Source: Candidatus Hadarchaeales archaeon
GTDB lineage: Archaea; Hadarchaeota; Hadarchaeia; Hadarchaeales; Hadarchaeaceae
DNA: 32,000 bases
Assembly (NCBI GenBank): GCA_038823825.1
Contig: JAWBCC010000001.1
Coordinates: 120,001 to 152,000 of the forward strand
Reading direction: 5' to 3'
The notes under the pieces are model-generated. The model was not told the origin of the DNA, made no database searches, and worked only from the letters and a program-made list of their open reading frames with translations. Shown piece after piece: positions 8,553 to 18,785 of this stretch. The translations under genes were made by a program, and so were the position numbers. Position 1 is the stretch's first letter. Each line of letters begins with the position of its first letter.

Positions 8553-9814
8553 AGCTTGTCGTGAAGCCTGCCGGCGAGATAAAGCCAAACTTCGAGATGT
8601 TGCCTTCAAAACTTCATACACAGCTGGCCAGTTCGCTGGCAATGCTCGCGAGAGGAAAAGTGGAAATTCGGTCACCTTTGCAAGTTTCCGACACGCGAGT
8701 AATTCTCAAAATTTTGGAGGATCTCGGTTTTCTAGTCAAGAAAAACCAGTCGTCTTGGACAATTTATCCCCCTGACAGGTTGACTCTCGTCAAAAAATCG
8801 ATCAGTGTTGGAGGATCAGCAACAGCTTTGGCGATGATATCGGCTGCTCTAAGCCTTTTTCAAGTTTCGATTGTGGTTTCTGGAGATTCTTCGCTCAGAG
8901 CAAGGAGGATGTCCGGTCTCCTTTCAGCATTTCATAAAATGGGGCTAGACGTTCATTCGACAAAAAAAGATGAAACACCGCCCTTCATCATTTTCGGTGG
9001 AGAAGTAAAAGGAGGAAGGATTTCGCTCACAGCCGAGGAAGTAAGATATCTGCCCGCGCTGGCGATTCCAGCTTGCGGGACCACAGAAGAAACCGTTTTC
9101 CAATTTCCACAAAAAGGAGCGCAGCCGTATGTAGAACCGGTTCTCGATGTCTTCGGCTCTGCACGTCTGAGAATCGAAAGCATGCGCGAAATATTGTCAT
9201 TTCCAAAGCAACTTGTTCCAGGATTCACGTACACGGTAAAAGAGGAGCTGTCAAGCTCTGCTCCTTTTGTAATTCTTTCTCTGCTCGGTGGCGAGGAAGT
9301 CAAAACGAAGCTAGGCAAAATCTCCGGAAGAGATCAGATATTTTTGTCCGCGCTCAGAAAGTTCGGCGTAAAAATCTCGCAAACCAAGCGCTCTATCTCC
9401 ATTTATCCCGGCAAACTGAGAGGCACCAATCTAGATATTTCACCAATCCCAGAACTGCTCCCGTTCTTCGCCTTATTTGCGTGCTTTGCGAAAGGTAGAA
9501 CAATCATCACAGGTATTGAGGCAGCCAAACAGTCGAAATCTAACAGAGCGGAGGCGATCTTTTCAGGCCTGAGGCGCATGGGAGCCGAAGTGATACTCTA
9601 CAAAGACAAGTTGATCGTCAAGGGACCATGTAAGCTGAAAGGAAGAGAAGTAGATGGGGCAAACGATTACGCCGTGACTGCAACTCTTGCAGTCGCAGGA
9701 GCTTTTGCAAATGGAGAAGTTTCGATAACAAACGGACCCGAGGCGTTGAAGCAAGCATATCCGAGCTTTATTTCCACACTTAAGCAAATGGGCGTAGAAA
9801 CATCATATATCTGA
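8549..9814 (+). CDS. EPSP synthase-fold (enolpyruvyl transferase superfamily) protein, divergent; probably not a canonical AroA
   Basis: 421 aa, collinear with AroA (LPSK.., VGGSATALAM, QPYVEP, IPELLPFFALFACFAKGRT, LRRMGAEV, YPSFISTLKQMG). Several substrate-binding residues appear substituted (see finding). ATGA overlap with the ThiI-like gene. Confidence 0.65.
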   Translation: MKLVVKPAGEIKPNFEMLPSKLHTQLASSLAMLARGKVEIRSPLQVSDTRVILKILEDLGFLVKKNQSSWTIYPPDRLTLVKKSISVGGSATALAMISAALSLFQVSIVVSGDSSLRARRMSGLLSAFHKMGLDVHSTKKDETPPFIIFGGEVKGGRISLTAEEVRYLPALAIPACGTTEETVFQFPQKGAQPYVEPVLDVFGSARLRIESMREILSFPKQLVPGFTYTVKEELSSSAPFVILSLLGGEEVKTKLGKISGRDQIFLSALRKFGVKISQTKRSISIYPGKLRGTNLDISPIPELLPFFALFACFAKGRTIITGIEAAKQSKSNRAEAIFSGLRRMGAEVILYKDKLIVKGPCKLKGREVDGANDYAVTATLAVAGAFANGEVSITNGPEALKQAYPSFISTLKQMGVETSYI

Positions 9815-9818
9815 GTCA

Positions 9819-10334
9819 TCATGTTATTAAGTGTTTTCCCCTCTCACTGGGAATAATCTTCAGCTTCCAATTTGGAAAATCTCTTTCAAGTTCCTTGCCT
9901 TCAAAAAGTCTGTCGAGGAAAACGGCGAGTGCGGCCACCTCCGAGTGAGGCTGGTTTCCTATTGCTACGTTGTAGTCGGCGAGTTCGAAAACCTCTGCCG
10001 GAACCTTAGCTGCTCCAACAACGATCATTAGGTCCTGCTGGCGTAGTTCTTTGATCACGCTAGACACCGGAACACCATACATGGTCAGATGCACAATTTT
10101 TCCTTTCTTTTTCTTCCATTCCTCAATCTCTTTTTTCCAAGGAACTCCGCTCTTCACGAAAAAATTTCCACCCCATCTTTCCACGACTTCTGTTATGCTC
10201 TTCTCCACTTCTTCATCACGGATGTCAGCGATTATTATTCCGTCCGCTCCAAAGGCCCTTGCAACAAGTCCAACATGTGTTGTAACTCTTTTATCTCTCT
10301 CTGGCCTGTGGCCCAATCTCAGAACGACGATCAT
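9819..10334 (-). CDS. trm56: tRNA (cytidine56-2'-O)-methyltransferase aTrm56 (SPOUT family)
   Basis: The N-terminus [35 protein letters not shown] is characteristic of archaeal Trm56. 171 aa. Confidence 0.85.
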   Translation of the reverse strand: MIVVLRLGHRPERDKRVTTHVGLVARAFGADGIIIADIRDEEVEKSITEVVERWGGNFFVKSGVPWKKEIEEWKKKKGKIVHLTMYGVPVSSVIKELRQQDLMIVVGAAKVPAEVFELADYNVAIGNQPHSEVAALAVFLDRLFEGKELERDFPNWKLKIIPSERGKHLIT

Positions 10335-11389
10335 GTATTCATCCTCAGAGTTTCGATCAAGGTGTCCAAATTTTCACCTTTAAGAGCTGAGATGGGGACA
10401 ACAGTTGAAGCCGCAGAGTTTAGGATTTTCAACTTCTCCTCAAGTTCTTCGGGGCTTTTCAGCAGATCTATTTTGTTCAAGGCAACCACGATTTTAGCAT
10501 CTAGATTCTCGAGAAACTGCATGCAAGCTTTATATTTTCTCATCATCTCGTGCACCGGGTCGCTTCCATCCAGAACCAGCAGTATAACATCGGCTAGATA
10601 AATCTCCTCGAGGGTGGCTTTAAAGGCCTCGACCACCATCGGTGGCATATCTTCGATGAATCCAACAGTGTCTGTCAGGAGAATTTTCGGGGATTTCTTT
10701 AAAGCTCTTGTTCGTGGGGCGAGAGTAGCAAAGTATTTATCGTCCACTTCTGCTCCACCTTCGGTCAGTGCGTTCAGCAGGGTCGATTTTCCAGAATTCG
10801 TATATCCCGCCAGCGTCACGAGTTTGAAACCTAGCTTTTTTCTTCTTTTCCTCAAGAGTTCCCTTCTTTTTTCAATGGTTGCGAGTTTCTTTCGAAGACT
10901 TACCAACCTTCGTTTTATAGCGTCATAGTGAACTTGAACCTCGTACTCTCCCCCTCCCATTCTACCCGGCTGCTCAACCGCAACTATTGATCTTATTCTT
11001 TCTCTTATCCTTGGGAGTTCATACTTGAGCTTGGCATACTCAACCTGAAGTTTCGCGTCGGGGGTTCCAGCACGCATGGCAAAGATCTCCAAAATCAGCT
11101 GGACTTTATCTAAAACCTCCACTCCCAATGCCTTGCTTAGGTTAAATGCTTGAGTTGGAGTCAGCTGATTAGCAAAGACAACCCTTTTCGCTCCATGAAG
11201 CTTTACTGCTCTTTCTATTTCTTTGACCTTACCTCTACCAATTTGATAAGCCGGGTCGGGCTCTCTAACCTGACTTATCTTTTCCACAACCTCATAACCA
11301 AGCGTTCTGGTTAAAGCCTCGATTTCCGGAAGCATTGAAAGCTGACCAGGATTTCTTCGTTCTACCAAGACGACTTTCATCAAATACAT
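10331..11389 (-). CDS. hflX: GTPase HflX
   Basis: HflX N-terminal domain, a coiled linker, and a G domain (G1 [16 protein letters not shown]3 DTVGF, G4 NKID). ATGA overlap with trm56. Confidence 0.9.
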   Translation of the reverse strand: MYLMKVVLVERRNPGQLSMLPEIEALTRTLGYEVVEKISQVREPDPAYQIGRGKVKEIERAVKLHGAKRVVFANQLTPTQAFNLSKALGVEVLDKVQLILEIFAMRAGTPDAKLQVEYAKLKYELPRIRERIRSIVAVEQPGRMGGGEYEVQVHYDAIKRRLVSLRKKLATIEKRRELLRKRRKKLGFKLVTLAGYTNSGKSTLLNALTEGGAEVDDKYFATLAPRTRALKKSPKILLTDTVGFIEDMPPMVVEAFKATLEEIYLADVILLVLDGSDPVHEMMRKYKACMQFLENLDAKIVVALNKIDLLKSPEELEEKLKILNSAASTVVPISALKGENLDTLIETLRMNT

Positions 11390-11433
11390 CTTGGCTTTAT
11401 TATTGGAAATAGGTTAACTATTTTTGGTGTGGA

Positions 11434-13182
11434 GTGATGAGGAAAGCTGCGATTCTCGCGGTATTCATATTCTTGACTCTTCTTCCGGTACCGGTTCAGG
11501 CAAGAACAAACCTCATTTACTCGCTTTACCAAATAGAGCTTCTATCCCTAGAGGACACAAATGTGCTTGTTACAGAAACAATAAAATATCTGAACCTTGA
11601 CCAAACAATCTCTCTTTCTATTCAGAAAAGGATTCCAGCGAGAATGGTTGAGAACATTCAGGTGGTTGATGAAACGGGACCGCTTTCTTTTTCTTCGCGG
11701 AGTCTCGATAACTTTACAGAGATAACTTTTTCGACTAGGTGGATCGAGACGGGAAGAGAATATACCATTCGCATCTCTTATGTGCTCACAAAATGGGCTA
11801 AAGTCGCCGGTGGAAGTTATATCGTCAGTTTCTGGGGTCTGAAGGAGTTTGACTTTGACTGTCAGCAGTTTTTAATTAAGGTATATGGTCCTCCGGGTTA
11901 TGTACCATTTCTCTGCGATCTTTCGGCAACTTCGTTTAGGTCTCCTCCATCGTTTTTGTATTCAACAACGATTTCTCGCGGTCGGTCTTTTGCAGGTCTA
12001 ACAGCCATTTTTTCCAAACGAACATTTTACTCTATTTCGCTCGATTATGAAATAAACGCAGATGTCCGAAATTTGAGTTTAGACGTCATTCTTGTTAATC
12101 CTTATGTGGAATGGCAGTTTTCCTCGTTGGTTTCGGCAGATCCAATGCCCTCTGAAGTTTTTTTTGATAAAGATGGAAATCTCCATGGCGTTTTTAAATT
12201 TGTGAACCCGGAAGAAGTTTTTAGGCTTAGAATACAACTTTTCTTCGACGTTTCTGTTTACGATCCAGAAATAACATCGGAAAATGTGGAAGGAATATTC
12301 GAAATCCCACCGGAGCTAGCGGAGTTTCTTCTACCTACCGAATGGTGGCCATGTGATAACCCAACAATCTTGAGTATTGTAGAACAAATGACTCAAATGG
12401 AATCAAATTCTTTTTTGTTAGCCTCAGCTATCATGAAATTCGTTGAAGATAAGCTCTCTTACCAGCAGCAGGAGGTAAGGCGAGGCGTGTTCTGGTCACT
12501 GGAAAGTGGAATCGGTGACTGTAGCGAGTATACAGATCTCTTCATCACGTTGGCTAGGGCCTCAGGGCTTCCGGCAAGAGCTCTTTATGGTTGGGCTTAC
12601 ACGACCGAGAATTTTTCCCCTCATGCATTTGCTGAGATTTATCTTCCGATGGTAGGATGGCAGCCAGTCGATCCGAGCTGGGGAGATAGTCACGGAGACT
12701 ATTTCTGCAGGCTGGACTCCTCACATATTGTAAGATCAAGACGGGGAGTAAACGACTCAGAATCTTGGATAAATGTGAAATATGTTGGAAAGTCGGTTCA
12801 GATTTCTGAGAAAGTTTCAGAGGTGAAAATACTTTCGCCCGCCGAGGCTGCACAGTTGTACGTTCAATCCGCACGCACACATTTAGAGATTGCAAGGAAT
12901 CTAGCACGTGAGAATCGTGAACTCCTCGCCAAGATTTCAGAGGCCGAGCTCGAGTTAGCCTTGGCAGAAATCGCTTTAAATTTTGATGCCACCGTCCATC
13001 ATGCTAAAAGATCGGTGGAGCTTTCCAACGAGGTCATTCGAGCATGGAAACCTGAGACCCAATTTAGACAACTTTGGATTTTGCTGGTTGTTGGCTCTTT
13101 TCTTTTTGGGGTTTTATGCTTGATTGTCTCGTTTAAGTCTAGAAAACGTAAAGGCAGACGTTATCGGACAAGTTGTCTATGA
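11434..13182 (+). CDS. Secreted, C-terminally anchored transglutaminase-like cysteine protease-fold protein
   Basis: Signal peptide (AILAVFIFLTLLPVPVQA). Transglutaminase core triad context: GIGDCSEYTD (Cys), HAFAEIYL (His), WQPVDPS (Asp). C-terminal TM plus basic tail. The ATG at 11437 is an alternative to GTG 11434. Confidence 0.8.
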   Translation: MMRKAAILAVFIFLTLLPVPVQARTNLIYSLYQIELLSLEDTNVLVTETIKYLNLDQTISLSIQKRIPARMVENIQVVDETGPLSFSSRSLDNFTEITFSTRWIETGREYTIRISYVLTKWAKVAGGSYIVSFWGLKEFDFDCQQFLIKVYGPPGYVPFLCDLSATSFRSPPSFLYSTTISRGRSFAGLTAIFSKRTFYSISLDYEINADVRNLSLDVILVNPYVEWQFSSLVSADPMPSEVFFDKDGNLHGVFKFVNPEEVFRLRIQLFFDVSVYDPEITSENVEGIFEIPPELAEFLLPTEWWPCDNPTILSIVEQMTQMESNSFLLASAIMKFVEDKLSYQQQEVRRGVFWSLESGIGDCSEYTDLFITLARASGLPARALYGWAYTTENFSPHAFAEIYLPMVGWQPVDPSWGDSHGDYFCRLDSSHIVRSRRGVNDSESWINVKYVGKSVQISEKVSEVKILSPAEAAQLYVQSARTHLEIARNLARENRELLAKISEAELELALAEIALNFDATVHHAKRSVELSNEVIRAWKPETQFRQLWILLVVGSFLFGVLCLIVSFKSRKRKGRRYRTSCL

Positions 13183-13229
13183 GAGCTAAAGCTATATTAC
13201 CGAGTTATGTAAGATAAACTGGGGATAGT

Positions 13230-14426
13230 TTGGCGGAAAAGAACACGCATGAAGAATACGTCACTGATTACATCCAAAGTTTGGAACAGAGAATAAGAGA
13301 ACTTGAGCGTGAGAAAAGGGAGTTCGAAGCCCGTTGCCTCAGACTGGAGAAGGAAATAGCCTCTTTGAGGAATGAGCTGAGAAGGCTGCAGACACCGCCT
13401 CTGCTAACCGCAACTCTAGTAGATCTTCTAGAGGATGGGAGGGCAATTGTCAGAAGCAGTGCAGGTCCGAGTTTCATAGTCCCAGTTCATGGATTTATAA
13501 ATCATAAAGATTTAAAGCCAGGCGCGCGCGTGGCACTGAATCAAAGAACCTATGCCGTGGTTGAGGTCCTCCCATCAAAAAAGGACCCCTATGTTTTGGG
13601 CATGGAAGTGGAAGAAGCGCCACAGGTTACCTATAACGACATAGGAGGACTGGAAGAGCAGATAAGGGAGATAAGGGAAGCTGTGGAGCTTCCGCTTCTC
13701 AAACCGGAGATTTTCAAGAAGGTAGGCATAGATCCGCCAAAAGGAATTCTTCTCTACGGAATGCCGGGAACCGGAAAAACATTGGTCGCTCGTGCGGTTG
13801 CTCACGAAACCAAAGCTACCTTCATAAGGTTAATAGGTTCTGAGTTGGTTCAGAAATACATCGGGGAGGGCGCAAGAATAGTTAGGGAGCTCTTCGATCT
13901 GGCAAGAGAAAAAGCTCCATCAATAGTCTTCATAGATGAGTTAGACGCAATCGGGGCAAGACGTCTAGACTCTGCCACTAGTGGAGACAGAGAGGTCTAC
14001 AGAACCTTCCTGCAACTTCTTGCGGAAATCGACGGCTTTGACCCCTGCGATAATGTGAAAATAATCGGCGCCACAAACCGTCCGGATATCTTAGATCCAG
14101 CCATTCTGAGACCAGGAAGACTGGATCGTCTAATTCACTTCCCACTCCCCGATGAGCAGGCAAGACTCGCAATCTTCCAGATTCACACGAGGAGAATGAA
14201 TCTAGGGAAATCCGTTAATCTTAAAAGGTTGGCCAAGTCCACAGCCGGAGCGACGGGTGCCGATATAAAAGCGATATGTACCGAGGCGGGAATGTTCGCA
14301 ATCAGAGAAGGGCGGGAAATAGTGGAAGAAGTAGACTTTGAAAAAGCTATTGCCAAAGTTCTCCCACCGAACAGATTGGAGATCTCTGATGTCGTTCCAA
14401 AACCGGAAAAAATGTATGGCTACTGA
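13230..14426 (+). CDS. pan: Proteasome-activating nucleotidase (AAA+ ATPase)
   Basis: N-terminal coiled coil, an OB domain, Walker A GMPGTGKT, Walker B IVFIDELD, second region of homology, and a C-terminal hydrophobic-Tyr-X tail (MYGY). The only in-frame start upstream of the coiled coil is TTG at 13230. Confidence 0.95.
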   Translation: MAEKNTHEEYVTDYIQSLEQRIRELEREKREFEARCLRLEKEIASLRNELRRLQTPPLLTATLVDLLEDGRAIVRSSAGPSFIVPVHGFINHKDLKPGARVALNQRTYAVVEVLPSKKDPYVLGMEVEEAPQVTYNDIGGLEEQIREIREAVELPLLKPEIFKKVGIDPPKGILLYGMPGTGKTLVARAVAHETKATFIRLIGSELVQKYIGEGARIVRELFDLAREKAPSIVFIDELDAIGARRLDSATSGDREVYRTFLQLLAEIDGFDPCDNVKIIGATNRPDILDPAILRPGRLDRLIHFPLPDEQARLAIFQIHTRRMNLGKSVNLKRLAKSTAGATGADIKAICTEAGMFAIREGREIVEEVDFEKAIAKVLPPNRLEISDVVPKPEKMYGY

Positions 14427-15787
14427 GAAAGGCGTTTCTCCAGAATATGCCTTATCTCTCTGGGGTCTCCTTTTCCTTTGATTTTTTTCATAACCACACC
14501 AACAAGAAAATCCAAGGCTTTTTCTTTTCCTTTTCGGTAATCTTCAACGGCTTTGTTTTCTTCTTGCAGGGTCTCTTCTATAGCCTTTAAAATTTCGCTG
14601 GCTTCAATAGCTAAAAAGCCCATCTCTCTCGCGATTTCCTTAGGATCTCCGGGCTCAACAACCATCTTGCGTAGAACCAGCTCTCCTTGCTCGGGAGTTA
14701 TTTCCCCAGATCTCACCATCTCAAGCAGTTTGGCGATATCATTGGGCGAAACTCTCAAATCTTTTGCTCTTAGCTTTAAGTAATTCAAAACTTTTTTCAA
14801 TCTCGTTCTAATCCAATTGGCTGCCAGAACCGAATCTGTTAGTTTGGCTACCTCTTCAAAGAAATCGGCAAGTTCTTTTTCACCCACGATAGCCTCAGCC
14901 ATCTCCTCTGTTATTCCGTACTGTCTAATCAATCTCTCCTTTCGCAGATGAGGAGCCTCAGGCATTTTCCTTCTTATTTCTTCAACCCATTGTTCATCGA
15001 TTATGAGTGGCATGATGTCTGGGTCAGGAATGTATCTGTAGTCCTCCTCGAACTCCTTAGTCCTCATCGGGACAGTAATCATTTGATTTTCAAGGTAAGC
15101 TCTGGTTTCTCTTGCCACAATTTCCTTTCTCTTGATCTTTTCACTTTGTCTCATTATCTCAAACTTCAGCGCTCTGTACGCCCCATGTACTGAGTTTATG
15201 TTTTTTATCTCAACCCTCCCGCCCCCCTCCATCGAGATGTTGACGTCAGTTCTCATCGCTCCTCCGGCCTCCGGTCTGACGACTCCTGTGTACTCAAGAG
15301 TACGCGTTAAAATTCTGAGAAATTCTCTTGCTTCTTCCGGTGATGAAATGTCCGGTTCTGTTACGATTTCGACCAGCGGTATCCCAGATCTATTGAAATC
15401 CACAGTTCCGTTCGCCGGATTATATTGACCTGGATCCTCTTCGATGTGTATTTCTCTTATGCGAACTCCGCTGAGATTTCCATCCTTGGCTATTGGCATG
15501 CTTGTTCTCTGATAGCCTGAAGGAAGATCGGGATAATCGTAGTGCTTACGCAATATATAAATCGGTTCTCCGGTTATCACTCGGCATCCGAGCATGAGCG
15601 CAATTTCTATCGCCGCATCTATTGCTTTCTTATTAGGTGGCATTGGTTTAGCTCCGGGAGTACCCGTACATATCGCACATATGTTTGTATTTGGAGGAAC
15701 ATCCTGGTAGTTTGTTGGACACTCACAGAATAGCTTCTGCTCGGTGGCCAGCTGTAAATGAACTTCAAATCCTATCTTTACATTCAT
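14420..15787 (-). CDS. gatB: Asp-tRNA(Asn)/Glu-tRNA(Gln) amidotransferase subunit B
   Basis: [15 protein letters not shown], and a YqeY-like C-terminal domain ([16 protein letters not shown]). About 455 aa, which matches GatB rather than GatE. I prefer ATG 15787 ([10 protein letters not shown]). The track start 15832 adds 15 atypical residues but would give an ATGA overlap with the upstream permease gene. Confidence 0.9.
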   Translation of the reverse strand: MNVKIGFEVHLQLATEQKLFCECPTNYQDVPPNTNICAICTGTPGAKPMPPNKKAIDAAIEIALMLGCRVITGEPIYILRKHYDYPDLPSGYQRTSMPIAKDGNLSGVRIREIHIEEDPGQYNPANGTVDFNRSGIPLVEIVTEPDISSPEEAREFLRILTRTLEYTGVVRPEAGGAMRTDVNISMEGGGRVEIKNINSVHGAYRALKFEIMRQSEKIKRKEIVARETRAYLENQMITVPMRTKEFEEDYRYIPDPDIMPLIIDEQWVEEIRRKMPEAPHLRKERLIRQYGITEEMAEAIVGEKELADFFEEVAKLTDSVLAANWIRTRLKKVLNYLKLRAKDLRVSPNDIAKLLEMVRSGEITPEQGELVLRKMVVEPGDPKEIAREMGFLAIEASEILKAIEETLQEENKAVEDYRKGKEKALDFLVGVVMKKIKGKGDPREIRHILEKRLSQ

Positions 15788-15810
15788 CAAAGCAGAATCG
15801 CTTTTATCAG

Positions 15811-15818
15811 ATATTAAA
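15811..15818 (-). promoter_or_regulatory. Candidate TATA box (TTTAATAT on the minus strand) for a leaderless gatB transcript
   Basis: It lies between the malG-like stop (15829) and the gatB ATG (15787), centred about 27 nt upstream of that ATG. No SD is visible. Confidence 0.3.
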
Positions 15819-15828
15819 TCTCTCCGCT

Positions 15829-16644
15829 TCATTTGATAGCTCCGCGCGTGAGGCCCATTATCAGATACCTCTGGAAGATAAGAAAGACCACCAAAAGCGG
15901 AATCGAGGCTAGCAAAACGCCCGCAGCCAAAAGCGGATAATCTGGAGCTCTTCCGCCTATTCCGGCCAAAGTCGCTAAGCCATAGACGAGAGTCGTGTCA
16001 GGATACTCGAGCATGAAAGACGGAAGTATAAAGTCGTTGTATGGGACCAAGAACGCCATAAAGGCTATCACTCCTAGAGCCGGTTTTGCGAGGGGAAGTA
16101 TTACTTTTACGAAAGTCTTGAAGTGTCCGGCTCCGTCCATAATCGATGCTTCTACGAGTGTTTTCGGTATGGTATCCATGTATCCCTTTAAGAACCAAGT
16201 ATAGAACGGGACACTTGAACCCGCATAGATGAGTATCATTCCGGCCAAGTTAACTAAACCCAAGCTGCTCATTATCTTGTATATAGCGACCATTCCGACC
16301 AGCGAGGGGAACATTTGAGCAAAAAGCATAAAGGCAAGCATCTGTTTACGCCCGGCAAACTTCATAAAAGAGAAGGCGTATGCTGCCGGACATATCATCA
16401 CAAAGGTTAGAATTATCGTTCCAAGACAGATTATAGCCGTATTCACCGCCCAAAGGATGAAGTGCTGCTCACGGAATAACTTCACGAAGTTTTGGAAAGT
16501 TATGGATTCGGGCATAAGGCTCGGCGGTATGAACGTGCTTCTGAGAGAGGCCGTAAATATAAAGAAGACCGGGAACAACACGGCCAAAACGACGATGATC
16601 AGCATAAAATGACTGAGCAAAATTTCCAGCTTCTCTTTCTTCAT
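15829..16644 (-). CDS. Sugar ABC transporter permease (MalG-like)
   Basis: 6 TM helices and the EAA loop EASIMDGAGHFKTFVKVILPLAKP. ATGA overlap with the upstream permease gene. Confidence 0.9.
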   Translation of the reverse strand: MKKEKLEILLSHFMLIIVVLAVLFPVFFIFTASLRSTFIPPSLMPESITFQNFVKLFREQHFILWAVNTAIICLGTIILTFVMICPAAYAFSFMKFAGRKQMLAFMLFAQMFPSLVGMVAIYKIMSSLGLVNLAGMILIYAGSSVPFYTWFLKGYMDTIPKTLVEASIMDGAGHFKTFVKVILPLAKPALGVIAFMAFLVPYNDFILPSFMLEYPDTTLVYGLATLAGIGGRAPDYPLLAAGVLLASIPLLVVFLIFQRYLIMGLTRGAIK

Positions 16645-17522
16645 CTGACCACCTCTTTTGTGGCTCCAGTAATCTTGAGGTTTATGAAGGTCAGGCCGGC
16701 TAGGATGAAGAAGAGAATGACAGAGAAAGCCGCGGCTATAGCATAGAAGTGTCCTTCACCAAAGGCGAGCCTGTAGAAGTATGTTATCATTATGTCACTA
16801 CCTCCCGGGGCATTTGTAACTCCCGTCGGCGGTCCTCCCTCCGAAAGCATCCACACGACCGTAAAATTGTTGAAATGGAATGCGAATGTGAATATAAGAA
16901 TTGGGACTATCACAGACTTTAGAAGCGGAAGGGTAATTTTCCAAAATTTACGGATCTTACTTGCACCGTCAATTGCTGCGGCTTCATAGACACTCGGTGG
17001 AATGCTTTGGAGGCCTCCGAGGCAAGCACACATCATGAATGGAAAGGCGGTCCAAACATTCACAAGAAGTATTATCATCCTTGCTCCCCAGACGCTTTGA
17101 AATCCTCCCTTAAGGTAAAGGGACCAACTTGTTCCTAACAAACCTCTCCAAGCCATTATCGTTATCGTGGATGGAAGGGCCCAGGGGATTATCAGAAGAG
17201 TCCTGTAGATTGCCCTACCCTTGAGCTTAGGATTGTTCAGGATTATTGCGAGGACAAGTCCGATTGAGAATGCGATTCCAACTGAAAGAGCAGCGAACAA
17301 GAGGTTCCAACTGAAGACACCTAAGAAATATCTGGTGTAGCCTCCTTTGACGATCTCAGCGTAGTTCTGAAGTCCGACAAATTCGTAATGCGGATCATGA
17401 CCAGGACCCCAGTTTGTGAGGGAGATATAAATGTTGTATGTGCTGATGGCAAGGATCGCAAAGCTCATCCCTATGACCGCAGGGAGGATAAAAAGATATG
17501 CGCTTTTTTCTCCGATTTTCAT
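16641..17522 (-). CDS. Sugar ABC transporter permease (MalF-like)
   Basis: 6 TM helices and the EAA loop YEAAAIDGASKIRKFWKITLPLL. Confidence 0.9.
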   Translation of the reverse strand: MKIGEKSAYLFILPAVIGMSFAILAISTYNIYISLTNWGPGHDPHYEFVGLQNYAEIVKGGYTRYFLGVFSWNLLFAALSVGIAFSIGLVLAIILNNPKLKGRAIYRTLLIIPWALPSTITIMAWRGLLGTSWSLYLKGGFQSVWGARMIILLVNVWTAFPFMMCACLGGLQSIPPSVYEAAAIDGASKIRKFWKITLPLLKSVIVPILIFTFAFHFNNFTVVWMLSEGGPPTGVTNAPGGSDIMITYFYRLAFGEGHFYAIAAAFSVILFFILAGLTFINLKITGATKEVVR

Positions 17523-17526
17523 AACA

Positions 17527-18756
17527 TCACCTTCTCTTCGCTATCGACTCTTTCATCTGTTGCACAGCCTCCTCCAACGTGGATGCAGGATCCTGCCCTA
17601 GGACGATCATCTTCAGAGCGTTTGTCCAAGGCGTCCACACACTGTCCATTTCAGGGATTTTGGGCATTATTATTCCATTCTCTATCTGGGCGAGAACTAT
17701 TCTAACCTCTTCCTTATTTTCCATTTCAGCAAGCACATCAAGTCTGCTTGGGATTCTCCAGCCGGCCTGATGCAGAGTTCTTTGGGAATTTTCACTACTG
17801 AGGAATTTCGCAAGATTCATCGCTGTTTCAAAGTTCTTGGATTTTGGGTTGACCATGCAGACTTGAACCCCCACAAACGTTTTCGGATATTCTCCGTTCG
17901 GGAGCTTCGGAAAGTTTGATATCCTATAGGTTATTCCCGCTCTTCTTATTTCCTCGAAGGCCCAAGGTCCATCGATTATCACAGCCGCCCTGCCCGCTTT
18001 GAAATACTCACGCACCGAGTAGGGATTAAGAGTAGTATCTATCGGTAGGACACCGTCCTTTACCATTTGCTGGATGAATCGTGCGCCATCAATGGCGCCG
18101 GGATTTGCGAGTCCTATATTTTCAACATTCTCTTCATCCCCGAAAACATATGCCCCGTAGCCCGACATAATCGGAAAAGAGTAATAAGGATCGACATGTG
18201 GATAATAGAAACCAAAGAAGTCAGGTCTTCTCACGGATTTCGCATAATTGAGAAGGTCCTCCCAGTCTTCAAAAGTGTTCTCAACCAAGCCAGAATTGTA
18301 AATTAAAACTAAGCTCTCCATCAGGCATGGAAAACCCCATATCTTGTTTTCATATGTTACCGCAGAAAGAGCCTTTTCAAAGAATTTGCTTTTCTCGCTT
18401 TCGGGGAAATATTCGTCCGTGATTGGGGCGATAACGCCCATTTCTGCAAACTCTCCTATCCAGTCATGTGGACCGAGCAAAACATCTGGTCCCTTTCCGA
18501 TGGGAACACCAACTCGGTATCTCGATCTTAGATCTTCGATGTTTGCTACCCAGACAACTCTTACGGTGGTTCCTTCTTCTTTCTCAAAGATTTTGACGAG
18601 ATTCTCAACAGCTTCGACTTCGCTCCTGACTAATCCAATCCAGAGCGTGATTTCACCTCTGGGTATTAGCATTTGTCTAGTAGGGATGAGGATTACAAAA
18701 GCAACAACTGCAAGCAACATATATGTGAAGAGCCCAGGTGTTCGACTCAACCTCAC
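17527..18756 (-). CDS. Extracellular sugar (maltodextrin-type) ABC substrate-binding protein, N-terminally anchored
   Basis: 409 aa family-1 SBP pattern (GPDVLLGPHDWIGEF; IIDGPWA) with an N-terminal hydrophobic anchor. It is the first gene of the E-F-G operon. The start is GTG 18756, or ATG 18720. Confidence 0.85.
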   Translation of the reverse strand: MRLSRTPGLFTYMLLAVVAFVILIPTRQMLIPRGEITLWIGLVRSEVEAVENLVKIFEKEEGTTVRVVWVANIEDLRSRYRVGVPIGKGPDVLLGPHDWIGEFAEMGVIAPITDEYFPESEKSKFFEKALSAVTYENKIWGFPCLMESLVLIYNSGLVENTFEDWEDLLNYAKSVRRPDFFGFYYPHVDPYYSFPIMSGYGAYVFGDEENVENIGLANPGAIDGARFIQQMVKDGVLPIDTTLNPYSVREYFKAGRAAVIIDGPWAFEEIRRAGITYRISNFPKLPNGEYPKTFVGVQVCMVNPKSKNFETAMNLAKFLSSENSQRTLHQAGWRIPSRLDVLAEMENKEEVRIVLAQIENGIIMPKIPEMDSVWTPWTNALKMIVLGQDPASTLEEAVQQMKESIAKRR

Positions 18757-18763
18757 ACCAAAA

Positions 18764-18785
18764 AATATTCAAAAATTTCAATATT
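18764..18785. promoter_or_regulatory. Imperfect 22-nt palindrome AATATTCAAAAATTTCAATATT in the malE-like/malK-like divergent promoter region
   Basis: 18 of 22 positions are self-complementary. It overlaps the candidate minus-strand TATA (18780-18787) and the TATA-to-start interval of the SBP gene. The region is AT-rich, so a chance occurrence is plausible. Confidence 0.25.

Noticed and set aside
8549-9814. Calling this gene a functional aroA in a shikimate operon
   Set aside because: No other aro genes are adjacent, and several canonical S3P/PEP-binding residues appear to be substituted. I kept only the fold-level call.
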